Shown here: piece after piece, positions 53,522 to 63,450 of the stretch
How positions within the stretch are numbered: the stretch's first letter is position 1
How the letters are laid out: each line of letters begins with the position of its first letter
DNA from: Dehalococcoidia bacterium
GTDB lineage: Bacteria > Chloroflexota > Dehalococcoidia > DSTF01 > JACRBR01
Reading direction: 5' to 3'
Length of the DNA: 64,000 nt
Assembly: GCA_038227375.1 (NCBI GenBank)
Contig: JBBRPY010000008.1
Location: 4,178 to 68,177 of the forward strand
The notes under the pieces: model-generated
Databases searched by the model: none
Seen by the model: the letters and a program-made list of their open reading frames with translations, nothing else
Told to the model about the DNA's origin: nothing
Position numbers and translations under genes: made by a program

Positions 53522-56356
53522 ATGAGCGAAGCAATTCGGTGGTGGCTCGTACTCCAGCTCGTAGCGGTTGCGCTGCTACCGCTGTGCCTCACGCTGTTCC
53601 GACGCCTTCCGGACCGTGGCTACGCCCTCTCGAAGCCGTTTGGGCTGCTGTTCACCGGCTATCTCTTCTGGCTTCTCAATAGCCTGCACATCCTGCCAAA
53701 TTCGAATGGTGGCGTGCTCGGCGCGCTCTTCCTGCTCGCGCTAATCTCGGGCGTGGTCGCCTATCGCGAGCGTGACGGGCTGATCGACTGGGGCCGGACG
53801 CATTGGCAGTACATCGTCGGCGTCGAGCTGCTGTTCCTGCTGGTGTTCGGCGTGGCCGTCTGGCTGCGGTCGCTGGTGGGGCAGATCAACGGCACCGAGC
53901 AGCCGATGGACCTGATGTTCATCAATGCGGCCACAGTCGCCGACCACTTCCCGCCGAAGGATCCGTGGCTCTCGGGCCACACCGTCGCCTACTACTACTT
54001 CGGCTACCTCCTCGTAGCGATGACCGGGCGTCTCGCCGGCGTCGCCACCGACGTCTCCTACAACATCGGCCTGGCAATGATCGCGACGATGGCGCTCGTC
54101 GGCGCCGCAGGCGTCGTCTACAACCTCGTGCAGATGCGGGAGAGCGCCGTGGCCGAACCCGCCGGCGATCCCGGCGGCGAGCGCGAGCGGAAGCCGGCGC
54201 GGGTGAAGCGGCCGCGGGGGGCGCCCGCTGGCGCGAGCGCGTCGTACTACGCCGTGCTCGGCGTCGGCGCGCGGACCGCCGACGCCGAAATCGAGCGCGC
54301 CTATCAGCGCCTAGCCGGCCGCCTGCGCCCGGCGGCGAGCGCGGGCGACGAGCGGGCGGCGCTACGCCTGAACGATGTCCAAGCGGCGCACGCGGTGCTC
54401 TCCGACCCGGAACGCCGCCGCATGTACGATGCCGGAGCTCCCGTCAACGGCGCGGGTAGCGCGGCATCGAGCGCGGCGCCGACGGCCGCCGAAGTAGTGC
54501 GAGAGCCCACCCCTGATGCTCCGGCCGCGCCTGTGACGATGTCGGTGCCCGCGGCGCTGCGGAACTGGCGGCCGCCGCTCTTCGGCCTCGCTGGTGGCCT
54601 GATGCTGGTGGTCATGGGGAATCTGGTCTGGGTGCTCACGTTCGCCTCTTCGTACGGCATTGGTGGCAAGACTTTTTACGATTGGGTAGATGTTTCGAAC
54701 CTCCGCCCTGACGAGCCGCGCGACAGTTGGTATCCATCGCGATTCTTCCTCTTCTTCAACGCCTCCCGCGTCTATCCGCTCGATAACAAAGATTTTCGTG
54801 TGATCACCGAGTTCCCCATGTTCAGCTTCCTGCTCGGCGATCTGCACCCGCACGTGATGGCGTTGCCGTTCGTCCTGCTCGTCGTCGGGGCAGCCCTCGC
54901 CCTCTACCGTAGCGACGAGCCGCTCGACATCACCTACTGGATCCAGCGGCCACTCGGCCTGATCGCTGGAGGGGTGCTGATCGGCGGGCTCGCGTTCCTC
55001 AACACATGGGACATCGCTACGCTTGCGTTCCTTGTGGTGGCGGCCGCATTCGTCAGCAACTTCGCGCGCTTGCGCGCGATCACGGTCGACCTCTTCGTCC
55101 AGATCATCTCCTTCTCGTTGCCGCTGTTGATCCTCGCGATCCTGCTCTATCTGCCCTTCTACACGAGCTTCGCATCGCAGGCGAATGGCATCGGCGCGGT
55201 CGTGTCGAACCAGGCGATCAAAGTGCCGGCGACGCGGCCGTTCCACGCGCTTCTCTTCTGGGGGCCGATGTTCACCATCGTGACGCCGTTCGTCGCCGCT
55301 CGCCTGATCGTGGTGCGCGACCGCATCACGCCTCTCCTCGCCGCGCTCGCGGCGGCGCTACCGCTGGCGGTCGTCGCCGGGTGGGCGCTCTTGTTCCTCT
55401 ACGAGAAGGCGAAGGGCAGCGACAAGCTCGGCGCTGGTTCCGGCAGCCTTGCGACCCAGATCGCCGACCGCGGCTCGGCCTGGCTGACAGCGCTGGCGAT
55501 CGGCCTCATCCTTGCCGGAGCACTGCTCGCGCTCTGGCTGGACCTGACGGCGCGCGACGAGCGTAGCGAGCGGGAGAGCCCGATCTTCGCCCTGCTGCTC
55601 ACGGCGACGGCGACGTTGCTGATCTTCGGCACCGAGTTCTTCTACGTCGGCGACGTCTTCAACTCCCGCATGAACACCGTCTTCAAGCTCTACTACCAGG
55701 CGTGGATGATGCTGGCGATTGCCTGCGCATTCGCACTCTATTACCTCACAACGAACTGGCGCCCCGTGTTTCCCCACTGTGCGGGCTACAGGGCAGTGTG
55801 GGGCGTCGCGGCGGCGGTTGTGCTGGTTGGGGCCGCGCTCTACCCGCTCGGTGGCGGCTTCAATCGCACGCACGACGAGAAGGGGAAGCTGGCCGAATCC
55901 AATGGCTCGCTGCATGGCATCCATTTCTACGCGCAGGACGAGCGGAACGCCATCGGCTGGCTGAAGGACCGCGCGCAGGGGCAGGATATGGTGATCGCTG
56001 AGGCTGTCGGGAACGATTACACACCGGCGGGCCGCATCTCGGAGTCGACGGGCGTGCCGGCGATCCTCGGCTGGCAGGGGCACGAAGACCAGTGGCGAGG
56101 CGGGAAGTGCGGGCCGTGCAACGGGCGCTTCGAGGATGTCAACAAGCTCTACACCGCCACTGATGCGGCGGCGATCGCGCCGATCGTGCAGAAATACAAC
56201 CTGACCTTCATTTACGTAGGAGATTTGGAGCGCCGGACATACGGCGACGCAGGGATGGCGAAGTTCAAGGCGATGCAAGTAGCGTTCCAATCGGGAACCG
56301 TTACGATATACCGGGCAAAAGGTGCAGCAGTAAGCGAGGTTGAGGCGGCCCAATGA
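53522..56356 (+). CDS. DUF2298 ('Chlor_Arch_YYY', TIGR03662-like) polytopic membrane protein with an inserted HPD-less J-like domain
   Basis: The VAYYYFGYLL 'YYY' motif is present, with many TM helices. Residues ~240-305 (SYYAVLGVGARTADAEIERAYQRLA...VLSDPERRRMYDAG) resemble a DnaJ J-domain but carry RPA in place of HPD. Confidence 0.8.
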   Translation: MSEAIRWWLVLQLVAVALLPLCLTLFRRLPDRGYALSKPFGLLFTGYLFWLLNSLHILPNSNGGVLGALFLLALISGVVAYRERDGLIDWGRTHWQYIVGVELLFLLVFGVAVWLRSLVGQINGTEQPMDLMFINAATVADHFPPKDPWLSGHTVAYYYFGYLLVAMTGRLAGVATDVSYNIGLAMIATMALVGAAGVVYNLVQMRESAVAEPAGDPGGERERKPARVKRPRGAPAGASASYYAVLGVGARTADAEIERAYQRLAGRLRPAASAGDERAALRLNDVQAAHAVLSDPERRRMYDAGAPVNGAGSAASSAAPTAAEVVREPTPDAPAAPVTMSVPAALRNWRPPLFGLAGGLMLVVMGNLVWVLTFASSYGIGGKTFYDWVDVSNLRPDEPRDSWYPSRFFLFFNASRVYPLDNKDFRVITEFPMFSFLLGDLHPHVMALPFVLLVVGAALALYRSDEPLDITYWIQRPLGLIAGGVLIGGLAFLNTWDIATLAFLVVAAAFVSNFARLRAITVDLFVQIISFSLPLLILAILLYLPFYTSFASQANGIGAVVSNQAIKVPATRPFHALLFWGPMFTIVTPFVAARLIVVRDRITPLLAALAAALPLAVVAGWALLFLYEKAKGSDKLGAGSGSLATQIADRGSAWLTALAIGLILAGALLALWLDLTARDERSERESPIFALLLTATATLLIFGTEFFYVGDVFNSRMNTVFKLYYQAWMMLAIACAFALYYLTTNWRPVFPHCAGYRAVWGVAAAVVLVGAALYPLGGGFNRTHDEKGKLAESNGSLHGIHFYAQDERNAIGWLKDRAQGQDMVIAEAVGNDYTPAGRISESTGVPAILGWQGHEDQWRGGKCGPCNGRFEDVNKLYTATDAAAIAPIVQKYNLTFIYVGDLERRTYGDAGMAKFKAMQVAFQSGTVTIYRAKGAAVSEVEAAQ

Positions 56357-59300
56357 GCGTCCAGGAACCCAATATCCCGTACGGCGGCGGCACGACCGCC
56401 GACCGTCTCAAGACCATGACGATGAACGCCGAGACGCGCGAGCGGATCAGCGTGCTCGCGTCACGGTACTGGGAGCCGGCGTCGTACGCGGTGCTCGTCA
56501 TCTTCGCCGCGGTCCTGCGCTTCTACAATCTCGGCGCGCGCGCCATGCACCATGACGAGAGCTTGCACGGATTCTTCAGCTACGGCTTCACGAAGGGCGT
56601 CACCGACCTCTTCACCTTCAACGGACCGTCCGACACCTACAAGCACGTGCCGTTCATGCACGGGCCGTTCCAGTTCATCGGCAACGGCTTTATGATGGCC
56701 ATCTTTGGCGATGGTGAATACCAGGTCCGGATGATGGCGGCGACACTGGGCACGGCGATGGTCTTCATGCCGTTTCTTCTCCGGAAGCAGCTGGGGACGG
56801 TCGGAGCGCTCGCCACCGCCGTCTTCATCGCCGTTTCCCCCACGCTGCTCTACTACAGCCGGTTCACGCGCGAGGACATCTACGCTGCGTTCTGGACCTT
56901 CGGCCTCGTCATCTTCATGTGGCGGTACATCGCCACAAAGCAGGACCGCTACCTCATCCTCACGGCGGGGTTCCTCGCGGGCTCCTTCCTCACGAAAGAG
57001 ACGACGTTCATGACCGCGGCGGCGTTCATCGGCTTCATGGACTTCCTGTTCGCGCTGCACATCGCCGACAAGATCCGCGCCAAGTCGACGACGATCACGC
57101 CGCTGAAGTACACGCTGCTGGTCCTGGCGCTGCTGCCGGGGGCGCTCGCGATCGCTATCGGCTGGCCGTTCATCGAGAATTGGCGAAAGAAATACGACCT
57201 CGACGAGATGCCGCCCGCGGCGAACCTGGTCATCGTGCTGGGCACCCTCTCGCTGCCGCAGTACGCGGCCGGTATTCAGTTGCTGCCTGGGTTCGGCAAG
57301 GAGTGGCGGAACCGGGCAGGCGACACCGGCAACTATCACATCGCCGATGCCGAGTTCCGCGTCGCGATGGTCTCGATCTTCGCGCTGATCGGCGTCTCGA
57401 CGGCGATCGGTGTCCTCTGGCGGCCGAAGACGTGGCTGATCGCCGCAGCCGCGTTCTGGATCCCTTTCATCCTGCTCTACACAACGTTCTTCTCGAACCC
57501 TGCCGGCTTCTTCTCCGGCATCTGGGGTTCGATGGACTATTGGATTAGCCAGCAGGATGTGCGTCGGGGCAATCAGCCGGACTATTACTACTTCATCACG
57601 ATCCCGATCTACGAATTCCTGCCGCTCGTGCTCGCGCTCGCCGCCGGCGCCTACTACGCCGTGCGCGGCAAAGCGCGCAATGCGATCTTCGTCGGCGCCG
57701 GCCTGCTCGCGATCATCCTGCTGCTGCTCCTGCCGCCCGGACCGGACGTGCAAAAGGTGTCGTTGCTGCACATCGTGCTGCCGTTCAGCATCGTCCTGCT
57801 CGGCATCTTTTCGTTCCAGATGGATGTGTTGAACCGGTTCTTGCTGTTCTGGACGGTGATTACCGCGTTTGCGCTCACCGTCGCAGGCGAGAAGATGCCG
57901 TGGCTGAACGTGCACATCGCTCTGCCGCTGGCGGTGGTTGCCGGCCGCTTCGTCGGGGAGATGGTCGAGAACACGGATCTCCGTTCGGACCTGCCGAAGC
58001 TGGAACGGCTGGCGCCGTTCGTCTACGCGGCGATCGCTTCCGCCATCGCGATTCTGGTGTTCCTCGTCGTCGGCCCGCTGTCGTTTGCGTCGATCGGCGG
58101 ATGGTTGCTGGTCGTCGTAGCTGCGTTCGCCGTGTACTGGGCGTACAGCGGCTACAGCCGGCACACCGCCGCGCAGGTCGCACTTGTCGGCCTCGTCGCC
58201 GCGCTCTCGATGTTTACGCTGCGCGTGGGCATTTTTTCATCGTGGGGGCACCCGAACCCGAACCCGCTGCTCAAGGGCGGCGTGCTGGCGACGCGCGACT
58301 ATGGCGAAGTGCCGGACGAACTGCTGGTCTACACGCAGACCTCCGGCGACATCCCCGTGCTGCGCGACCGGATCGACCAGTACGCCAAGGAAAGCGGCCT
58401 CGGCGACAAGACGCCGATCGTCGTCGATTCGAGCGATGGCTACACCTGGCCGTGGGCGTGGTACCTGCGCAACTATACAGCCGTGCAGTATCCCCAGATC
58501 GGCTCGAACTTCCAGCCGCCGCCGAATTCGATCGTGCTGGCAAACAAGAACAACGCGAACAACGTGCAGACGGGCGGGCAGTACGCCGAGCCGGTCACCT
58601 ACCATCACCGGCGCTGGTTCCCCGAGGAGTACCGCGGCGCCGATGGCAAGTACTCGTCGCGTGATTTCTTCCGCGGCCTCTTTTCGCTGAGCCAGTTGAA
58701 CAGCTGGCGCAAGTACTTCGTGGAGCGCATACCGCCGGGCGAGCTCGGCACCGTCGACGGCGTCGCCTTCTTTCCGAAGGGGTTCTCGAACGTGCCCACT
58801 GTGCCAGTCGGGCCAACGGTGCGCACGGAGGGCACCCAACTCGTCATCGGCTCATCGGGCTCGGCGCCGGGGCAGCTCAACGGCCCCTCGGATGTTGCAT
58901 TCGACTCCGCCGGCAACATCTACGTCGCGGATACCAACAACAACCGCATCGAGGAGTATTCGCCTACCGGCGAGTTCAAGGCAGTCGCAGGCGGATTCAG
59001 TTCGCCGGACGTGGTCCTGAATCAGCCGTGGTCGATGACGGTCACCTCCGATGGCACGGTGTTCGTCGCCGATACTTGGGACCACAAGATCGTCAAGCTC
59101 GACAAGAACCTCAAGAAGGTGAAGGAGTGGGGTGGCGGCGGCCAGGTCGAAGCAAACGGCGACCCGTTCAAGCTCTTCGGCCCGCGCGAGATTGCCCTGA
59201 CGGCGGACGGCCATCTGCTCGTCGCCGACACCGGCAACGGGCGGATCATCGAGTACACGCAGGACGGCGACCTCGTTCGCCAGTTCGGCGCGAAGGGCAA

Positions 59301-59742
59301 ATCCGGCGACCCGCTGCAGTTCGACGAGCCGGTCGGCGTTGTCGCCGGGCCAACGGGCGACATCTACGTGGCCGACTTCTGGAACCAGCGCATCGTCCAC
59401 CTCGACAAGGATCTGCGTTCCAAGGGCGAGATCAAGATCCCGACATGGGGCAGCACAAGCGTCACCGACCGCCCGTACATGGCGCTGCTCATCGATGGCC
59501 GCTTGCTGGTCACCGATCCCAATCCCTGCACGTCGGCGCCAACCTGTCCGACGGCGCAGGACGGCAAGGTGCTCGTGTTCGATGCGGCGGGCAGTCCGGC
59601 CGGGAGCTTCGATCTGCCGAAGGAGCCCGGCAGCGCCGTCGTGCGCCCCGTAGGCATCGCTTCGGACGGCACGTCGGTGCTCGTGGCGGACTCGTCCGGT
59701 CAGGTGGTCCGAAAGATCCCGCTGAGTGAGATTGCGAAGTAG
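56353..59742 (+). CDS. GT-C-fold glycosyltransferase-like membrane protein (TIGR03663/PMT-ArnT-like, HHDESLH loop motif) with C-terminal NHL-repeat beta-propeller
   Basis: The ATG overlaps the previous stop (ATGA). The first periplasmic loop motif NLGARAMHHDESLHGFFSY is present, with ~13 TM helices. The C-terminal ~330 aa carry repeated GxxxxPxGVAxDxxGNIYVAD NHL repeats. Confidence 0.8.
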   Translation: MSVQEPNIPYGGGTTADRLKTMTMNAETRERISVLASRYWEPASYAVLVIFAAVLRFYNLGARAMHHDESLHGFFSYGFTKGVTDLFTFNGPSDTYKHVPFMHGPFQFIGNGFMMAIFGDGEYQVRMMAATLGTAMVFMPFLLRKQLGTVGALATAVFIAVSPTLLYYSRFTREDIYAAFWTFGLVIFMWRYIATKQDRYLILTAGFLAGSFLTKETTFMTAAAFIGFMDFLFALHIADKIRAKSTTITPLKYTLLVLALLPGALAIAIGWPFIENWRKKYDLDEMPPAANLVIVLGTLSLPQYAAGIQLLPGFGKEWRNRAGDTGNYHIADAEFRVAMVSIFALIGVSTAIGVLWRPKTWLIAAAAFWIPFILLYTTFFSNPAGFFSGIWGSMDYWISQQDVRRGNQPDYYYFITIPIYEFLPLVLALAAGAYYAVRGKARNAIFVGAGLLAIILLLLLPPGPDVQKVSLLHIVLPFSIVLLGIFSFQMDVLNRFLLFWTVITAFALTVAGEKMPWLNVHIALPLAVVAGRFVGEMVENTDLRSDLPKLERLAPFVYAAIASAIAILVFLVVGPLSFASIGGWLLVVVAAFAVYWAYSGYSRHTAAQVALVGLVAALSMFTLRVGIFSSWGHPNPNPLLKGGVLATRDYGEVPDELLVYTQTSGDIPVLRDRIDQYAKESGLGDKTPIVVDSSDGYTWPWAWYLRNYTAVQYPQIGSNFQPPPNSIVLANKNNANNVQTGGQYAEPVTYHHRRWFPEEYRGADGKYSSRDFFRGLFSLSQLNSWRKYFVERIPPGELGTVDGVAFFPKGFSNVPTVPVGPTVRTEGTQLVIGSSGSAPGQLNGPSDVAFDSAGNIYVADTNNNRIEEYSPTGEFKAVAGGFSSPDVVLNQPWSMTVTSDGTVFVADTWDHKIVKLDKNLKKVKEWGGGGQVEANGDPFKLFGPREIALTADGHLLVADTGNGRIIEYTQDGDLVRQFGAKGKSGDPLQFDEPVGVVAGPTGDIYVADFWNQRIVHLDKDLRSKGEIKIPTWGSTSVTDRPYMALLIDGRLLVTDPNPCTSAPTCPTAQDGKVLVFDAAGSPAGSFDLPKEPGSAVVRPVGIASDGTSVLVADSSGQVVRKIPLSEIAK

Positions 59743-59865
59743 AGGACGGTGCGCGCACCTGATTGTTGATTGACCGGCCCTGGGGGCAGACCTATACTTT
59801 CGAAGTTTCCGAGCCGAACATAAGATAGCCGCACGTTCGGCAGGGGTCACCCCAGGGAGTTCCGC

Positions 59866-60972
59866 TTGCTCAAGAGCCGGGGATTTTGGATCGGCATCGC
59901 CGTTAGTGCCGTGTTCATCGGGCTGTTCGTCCGCAGCACGGACTTTGGCGAGGTCAAGCGCGCCTTCGAGGAAACGAACTACCCGCTCGCCCTGCTGTCG
60001 CTTCCCGTGTATTTCCTCGGCCTCTGGGTCCGCACGATCCGCTGGCAGTACCTGCTGCGTCCGGTAAAAAAGGTCTCGGCTAGGCGTCTCTACCCGGTGG
60101 TGATCATCGGCCTGATGGCAAACAATCTCATCCCGGCGCGCGCGGGCGAGCTCGCGCGCGCGTACGTGCTGGGCGAGCGCGAAGGCATCAGCAAGACGAC
60201 TCTGCTCGGGACGATCGCGGTCGACCGGCTGTTCGACGGCGTGACACTCGTGCCGATGATGCTGATCGTCGCCGCCTTCGCCGGCGGCGATACGAATTTC
60301 CCCGTCGGATTCGGGCAGAGCCTAAACTTCGCCGGCCTCGGCATCGTCATGGCCGTGCTGTTCGGGATAGCGCTCAGCGTGCTGTTCTATCTTGCGCTGT
60401 CCGAAGGCGGCCGCCAGTTGCTGCACCGGCTCATCCACAGATTCGCGCCGGCCAAGCTGAAGCCCAAAGTCGAAGGGCTGCTCGAGTCCTTCTTTGTGGG
60501 GCTCCAGGCGCTCCGCAGCCCGATCGACCTCGCTGCCGCCTGGCTCATGTCGCTGATCTCGTGGACGCTGGAAGCGACGATGTACTACATCGTCGCGCGC
60601 GCGTTTGGCATTCACGAAAGCTTCCACATCTTCCTGCTGCTCACGGCGGCAGCGAATCTGGCGATCGCCATCGTCGCCTCGCAGGGTGGGATCGGCCCGT
60701 TCGAGCTGGTCGTGTCGCGGACGATCGTCGCGTTCGGCGCTGCGGGCGCCAGCTCGGATGGTCTCAAGAAGCTGGCTGACGCCTACGCGATCGGCCTCCA
60801 CGCGCTGCTGCTCGGTCCAATCGTCGTGATTGGCCTGTATCTGATGTGGTCGATGCAGTTCAGCTTTGGCGACATGCTGAAGAGCCGGCGTCCCGATCCC
60901 GTGCCGGACGCCGACGGACCGCCGCGCGTGATCGCGGGCAAGCCTGCCGTCGAAGGGACTGCCCGGAAGTGA
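59866..60972 (+). CDS. flippase-like / lysylphosphatidylglycerol-synthase-TM-region family membrane protein (UPF0104)
   Basis: TTG start 8 nt after GGGAG. The protein has 8 TM helices. The conserved NNLIPARAGEL motif is typical of the UPF0104/TIGR00374 family, which is often paired with GT genes. Confidence 0.7.
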   Translation: MLKSRGFWIGIAVSAVFIGLFVRSTDFGEVKRAFEETNYPLALLSLPVYFLGLWVRTIRWQYLLRPVKKVSARRLYPVVIIGLMANNLIPARAGELARAYVLGEREGISKTTLLGTIAVDRLFDGVTLVPMMLIVAAFAGGDTNFPVGFGQSLNFAGLGIVMAVLFGIALSVLFYLALSEGGRQLLHRLIHRFAPAKLKPKVEGLLESFFVGLQALRSPIDLAAAWLMSLISWTLEATMYYIVARAFGIHESFHIFLLLTAAANLAIAIVASQGGIGPFELVVSRTIVAFGAAGASSDGLKKLADAYAIGLHALLLGPIVVIGLYLMWSMQFSFGDMLKSRRPDPVPDADGPPRVIAGKPAVEGTARK

Positions 60973-62297
60973 AGGCGATCATCGTCGGCGGCGGTGTCGC
61001 CGGCATGAGCACCGCCTACCGCCTGATGCAGGACGGCCACGAGGTCGTGCTGTACGAGGCGAGCCCGTACCTCGGCGGCCTTGTCCGCACCTTCGAGGTC
61101 GGCGGCTCGAAGCTCGAAGCCTACTACCACCACATCTTCAGCACCGACACGACGATCATCGCGCTGATCAACGAGCTCGGCCTCGGCGACAAGTTGCGCT
61201 GGGTCGAGTCTAAGGTGGGTTGGTTCGACAACGGCAAGATCTATCCGTTCGTGACCGCGCTCGACTTGTTGCGCTTTGGTCCGCTGCCGCCGATCGATCG
61301 GGTGAAGCTCGGCCTGATGGCTGTGCGGCTGCGCGGCCGCGACGACTGGACCGAGTTCGAGCAGATCACCTGCAAGGACTGGATCGAGAAGAACGTCTCC
61401 AAGGCAGTATTCCAGAAGATGTGGGGGCCGCTATTGCAGGGGAAGTACGGCGACGCCTACGACCAGGTCGCCATGGCCTGGCTCTGGAGCAAGATTCACC
61501 TGCGGTTCGCGTCGCGCGAGGGCGGCAAGGAGAAGCTCGGCTATCTCATCGGCAGCTTCGCCATGTACATCGAAGAACTCGAGCGTCGCCTGCGCGACGG
61601 CGGCGTGCAGATCCACACCGGCGCCGGCGTCCGGCAGATCACCGCCGAGCAGAACCGCGCGACCGGCGTCGTGCTCGAAAACGGAGAGCAGGTTGCGGGC
61701 GATGCCGTCGTGGCAGCGGTCCCGTCGACGCTGTTCCAGAAGATGGCGCCGCCCTTGACCGACGACTACACCCGGCGGCTTGACCACGTGAAGTGGCAGG
61801 GCGCCGTGTGCATGGTCGTGACGATGAAGCGCTCGCTATCGCCGATCTACTGGATGAACATCGGCGACCGCACGATGCCGTTTCTCGCGCTCGTCGAGCA
61901 CACGAACTTCATTGGTCCGGAGAACTACGGCGGGAACCACATCCTCTACATCTCGAACTACCTGCACCAGCAGCATGAGTATTTCGGGATGGACGATGAC
62001 CAGCTCTGGTCGATCTTCGAGCCGGCGCTTAAGCGCATCAACCCGGAGTTTTCGTCCGACTGGGTGAACCAGAAGTGGCTCTTCAAGGCCCCGTACGCGC
62101 AGCCGATCATCCGCATGGACTACAGCGCCCACAAGCCGGACCATCGGACGCCGGTCGACGGCCTCTACCTCGAGACGATGACGCAGATCTACCCGGAGGA
62201 CCGCGGCCAGAACTACAGCATCCTCATGGGCGAGCAGGTGGCGAAGATGGTGGTCGAAGACCACGCCCGCCGCTCGGCAACGCCGACGGCAGTCTGA
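60969..62297 (+). CDS. FAD/NAD(P)-binding oxidoreductase (amine-oxidase/desaturase-like fold)
   Basis: The GTG overlaps the previous stop (GTGA). The dinucleotide-binding motif AIIVGGGVAGMSTAY...VLYEAS..LGG is present. Confidence 0.75.
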   Translation: MKAIIVGGGVAGMSTAYRLMQDGHEVVLYEASPYLGGLVRTFEVGGSKLEAYYHHIFSTDTTIIALINELGLGDKLRWVESKVGWFDNGKIYPFVTALDLLRFGPLPPIDRVKLGLMAVRLRGRDDWTEFEQITCKDWIEKNVSKAVFQKMWGPLLQGKYGDAYDQVAMAWLWSKIHLRFASREGGKEKLGYLIGSFAMYIEELERRLRDGGVQIHTGAGVRQITAEQNRATGVVLENGEQVAGDAVVAAVPSTLFQKMAPPLTDDYTRRLDHVKWQGAVCMVVTMKRSLSPIYWMNIGDRTMPFLALVEHTNFIGPENYGGNHILYISNYLHQQHEYFGMDDDQLWSIFEPALKRINPEFSSDWVNQKWLFKAPYAQPIIRMDYSAHKPDHRTPVDGLYLETMTQIYPEDRGQNYSILMGEQVAKMVVEDHARRSATPTAV

Positions 62298-62316
62298 CCT
62301 GGCGGGCTGGCGGAGC

Positions 62317-62334
62317 GATAACTATATAGTTATC
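62317..62334. promoter_or_regulatory. Perfect 18-bp palindrome GATAACTATATAGTTATC immediately upstream of higB; candidate HigA operator/promoter
   Basis: The sequence equals its own reverse complement and ends 7 nt before the higB ATG. Confidence 0.6.
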
Positions 62335-62341
62335 ATCGTCC

Positions 62342-62692
62342 ATGCCATGGCGCATCGAGTTCTTCGAAACCACCAGCGGCACGAGTCCGCCGCAGGAGTT
62401 TGTGGCGCGCCTTCCGCTGAAGGCACGCGCCAAGCTGACGCGAGCGCTGGAGCTTCTCGAGGAACGCGGCCCTGCCGTGGGCCAGCCATACGTGAAGTCA
62501 ATCGTCGGACGGCCGAGCATGTTTGAACTCCGGACCTCGCTCGCGTCAGATGCATTCCGCCTCTTCTTCTTTTTGGCGGGTCCACAACACATTGTTGTAG
62601 TGCAGGGTATTCGGAAGAAGACCCAGCGCACACCAGTTCGCGGCCTTGATACAGCAGATCGGCGGCGCGCCGCATACGAAAGGAGGACGTGA
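62342..62692 (+). CDS. higB: type II toxin, HigB/Gp49-like (RelE/ParE superfamily)
   Basis: N-terminal WRIEFFETTSG..EF matches the phage Gp49/HigB family. It is followed by an overlapping HTH antitoxin gene. Confidence 0.8.
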   Translation: MPWRIEFFETTSGTSPPQEFVARLPLKARAKLTRALELLEERGPAVGQPYVKSIVGRPSMFELRTSLASDAFRLFFFLAGPQHIVVVQGIRKKTQRTPVRGLDTADRRRAAYERRT

Positions 62693-63105
62693 TGGAATGG
62701 ACCCAAATAAAGCGCGAGATGCTAAAGGATCCTGCGTTCAAGCGCGAGTACGATGCGCTTGAGGCGGAGTTCCAGCTCGCGAGTTCCATCATCGAGCGGC
62801 GACTCGCGAAGGGCTGGTCGCAGCGTCAGCTTGCGAACCGCATCGGTACGAAGCAGCCCGTCATCTCGCGCCTCGAGAGCGGCTCGTCCAAGCCTTCACT
62901 CTCGCTGCTTCAGCGCGTAGCAAAGGCGCTCGACGCGACCGTGATCGTCACACTTAAGCCAGAGAGCGCATCGCCGCGGCCGCGCGCCAAATCGGCAGCG
63001 CGCGCGGCACCCCAGCCGAAGCCTGCTAGGCGACCGGCATCCGCCGCGGTGTCTGGGTCGAGGGCACCGAGGGCGGCGACCAGAAAACAACCCATTCACA
63101 ACTGA
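62689..63105 (+). CDS. higA: HTH XRE-family antitoxin (HigA-like) with basic low-complexity C-terminal tail
   Basis: The ATG overlaps the higB stop (ATGA). The HTH is WSQRQLANRIGTKQPVISRLESG. Confidence 0.8.
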   Translation: MMEWTQIKREMLKDPAFKREYDALEAEFQLASSIIERRLAKGWSQRQLANRIGTKQPVISRLESGSSKPSLSLLQRVAKALDATVIVTLKPESASPRPRAKSAARAAPQPKPARRPASAAVSGSRAPRAATRKQPIHN

Positions 63106-63138
63106 CGACCGATCTCGGCCATATGCCATACTTGCGTT

Positions 63139-63450
63139 ATGGAGCGGATCCATCCGAGCCTCGGCGTCTCGCGCGAGACCAGCGCGGCGTTCTGCAAGAA
63201 ACGGCAGATTGTAGAATTCGCGCTCGTTGGCTCGGCGGCGCGCGGCGAGCTGCGGCCGGACAGCGACAGCGACGTCATGGTGGAGTTCGCACCCGCAGCC
63301 CGGCATAGCCTCTACGAGCTTGTGGACATCAAGGCTGAGCTGCAGGCGATGTTCGGGCGTGAGGTTGATGTGCTGACCACAAAGAACATCCGCAACCCCT
63401 TCCGGCGCAAGGCGATCATGCGCGATCTGACGGTGCTATACGCGGCCTGA
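63139..63450 (+). CDS. minimal nucleotidyltransferase (MNT) antitoxin of HepT/MNT type VII TA pair
   Basis: Pol-beta superfamily motif GSAARGELRPDSDSDVMVEF (GSxxRGxxxxxSDxD). Confidence 0.8.
   Translation: MERIHPSLGVSRETSAAFCKKRQIVEFALVGSAARGELRPDSDSDVMVEFAPAARHSLYELVDIKAELQAMFGREVDVLTTKNIRNPFRRKAIMRDLTVLYAA

Noticed and set aside
56461-58164. 567 aa minus-strand ORF
   Set aside because: It is antisense to the GT-C/NHL membrane protein. Its Asp/Arg/Glu-rich composition is an artefact.
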